A stretch of 64,000 nucleotides of DNA, from NCBI RefSeq assembly GCF_018350175.1, contig NC_058368.1, positions 177,694,001 to 177,758,000 of the forward strand. The letters run 5' to 3'. This DNA comes from Felis catus (lineage: Eukaryota). Each line of letters starts with the position of its first letter. Position 1 is the first letter of the stretch. The position numbers and the translations under genes are program-made. Positions 63,054 to 64,000 of the stretch are shown piece after piece. The notes below the pieces were generated by a model. The model did no database searches, was not told the DNA's origin, and worked only from the letters and a program-made list of their open reading frames with translations.

Positions 63054-63474
63054 CTGTGAAGCGGTCTTTCACGAAGCGGCGGCTGCTCTCCATCCAGGGA
63101 AAATTGAGGCCGCCCAGGCTGGAGACCGTGGGCACGGAGGGCATGGCGGGCAGCGCGCTAGGCAGAGGCGGTGGCACGGCCCCGGGCAGCGGCCTGTGCG
63201 CTGGCACTCGGATCACTCCGGCGGGCGCCAGGCTCAGGTTGACACTGTAAGATCCCGGGTCCTCGAAGGGCGCGCCGAGGCCGGCAAAGGAGGCGGGCAG
63301 AGACGGGTATGTGGCGCCCGGACGGCCCCCGGGGGGCCCTCCCAGGTAGCTGGCGCCGTCGGGGCCCCGCGGGGCCGGTGCGCTGTCCTGGTCCGGGCTG
63401 TTGAGGATCTGGTCGATGCCGAAGCTGATGGGCTCGTGCGGGTGCGGGGTCTGCGCGCTGGCGGGCGCCTCCAT
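63054..63474 (-). CDS. TLX3: T-cell leukemia homeobox 3 exon 1 (MEAPASAQTPHPHEPISFGIDQIL...FPWMESSRRFVKDRFT)
   Basis: 421 nt, GTGAG donor; eh1 motif FGIDQIL and PBX-interacting FPWM motif. Confidence 0.99.
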
Positions 63475-63564
63475 CCTGGGCGGGCGGAAGGGCTGGGCTG
63501 GGCTGGGCGGGGAGGCGGCTGGGTCCCTGTTACGGCGCGGCCATGGAGCGCCCGGCGCCTCTCG

Positions 63565-63900
63565 TTGCACTGAAACTTTGCCAAGAGTGCGCGGGCCCGA
63601 CAGGCTCTGTGTCATCTTTCTTGAACCGAACCTGGAGTTTCCGCTGCTAATTCCTCTCCCGCCGCAGCCATTGGCTGCGATCAACAAGCCTCTCTCCTCC
63701 CATTGGCTCCCGGCTTTCAATAAAGGCCTAATTCATGGAAATAGGAGCTTAGGGACTGTTCCAAGGTGACATCATTTTAACAAACGAACAATAGGTCAAA
63801 TTTATTAGCCGGGATAATGGGCGGCGGATATTAGCGCCCGAACCGCAGCCTCCCAAACCCGAAATCTAACGAAGCTGCAATTAGCAGACGCTCCCCGCTC
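63565..63900 (-). promoter_or_regulatory. TLX3: TLX3 promoter: two CCAAT boxes (63670-63674, 63702-63706; 32 bp apart), Inr-like TCAGT near 63571, TAAT/ATTA motifs upstream
   Basis: Motifs read directly; about 32-bp spacing is typical of tandem NF-Y sites. Confidence 0.75.
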
Positions 63901-64000
63901 CTCCCGGCCGGGGCCGCTTCCCCGGCCGCAGCGCGGGGCGGGCCAGGGCGCTCTGCCGGTGAAATTGCCTCTTGCTGAGGGGGGTTTCGTTTTCTTCCAA

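Larger units (their letters stand above)
55700..64000. promoter_or_regulatory. Extended CpG-island domain covering TLX3 and about 5 kb downstream (cores about 56700-58300, 59200-59560, 59950-64000)
   Basis: High GC and CpG, no recognisable SINEs; typical of Polycomb-regulated homeobox loci. Confidence 0.85.

Noticed and set aside
62800..63720. 306-aa ORF suggesting an N-terminally extended TLX3
   Set aside because: Starts at a non-ATG codon upstream of the CCAAT boxes and reads through the exon 1 donor; the real start is MEAPAS at 63474

Overview
Mammalian genomic DNA, almost certainly a felid (cat or close relative), judged by the many SINEC_Fc-type carnivore SINEs and a cat-type L1 3' end. 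The window is the TLX3-NPM1 interval (orthologous to human 5q35.1), with both genes on the minus strand. It holds the complete three-exon TLX3 homeobox gene (61296-63474, 291 aa) and the promoter plus coding exons 1-8 of NPM1 (9843 down to 364; the rest lies off the window start). About 51 kb separate them: a transposon-dense half (about 11-37.7 kb) and a repeat-poor, enhancer- and CpG-island-like half (about 38-60 kb). I found no convincing new gene or undescribed biological system. The most notable observations are: (1) a UBE2V1 retrocopy that appears to record an exon-2-skipped mRNA; (2) an L1 showing both a twin-priming 5' inversion and a 44-nt 3' transduction; (3) an 86-bp templated insertion in a DNA transposon, copied from 3.5 kb away; (4) co-oriented CTCF-like motifs at the repeat-dense/repeat-poor transition; (5) a 4-codon uORF candidate in the TLX3 leader. 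Repeat family names and human comparisons are from memory, not from a search. Repeat boundaries are approximate unless a target-site duplication (TSD) is given.
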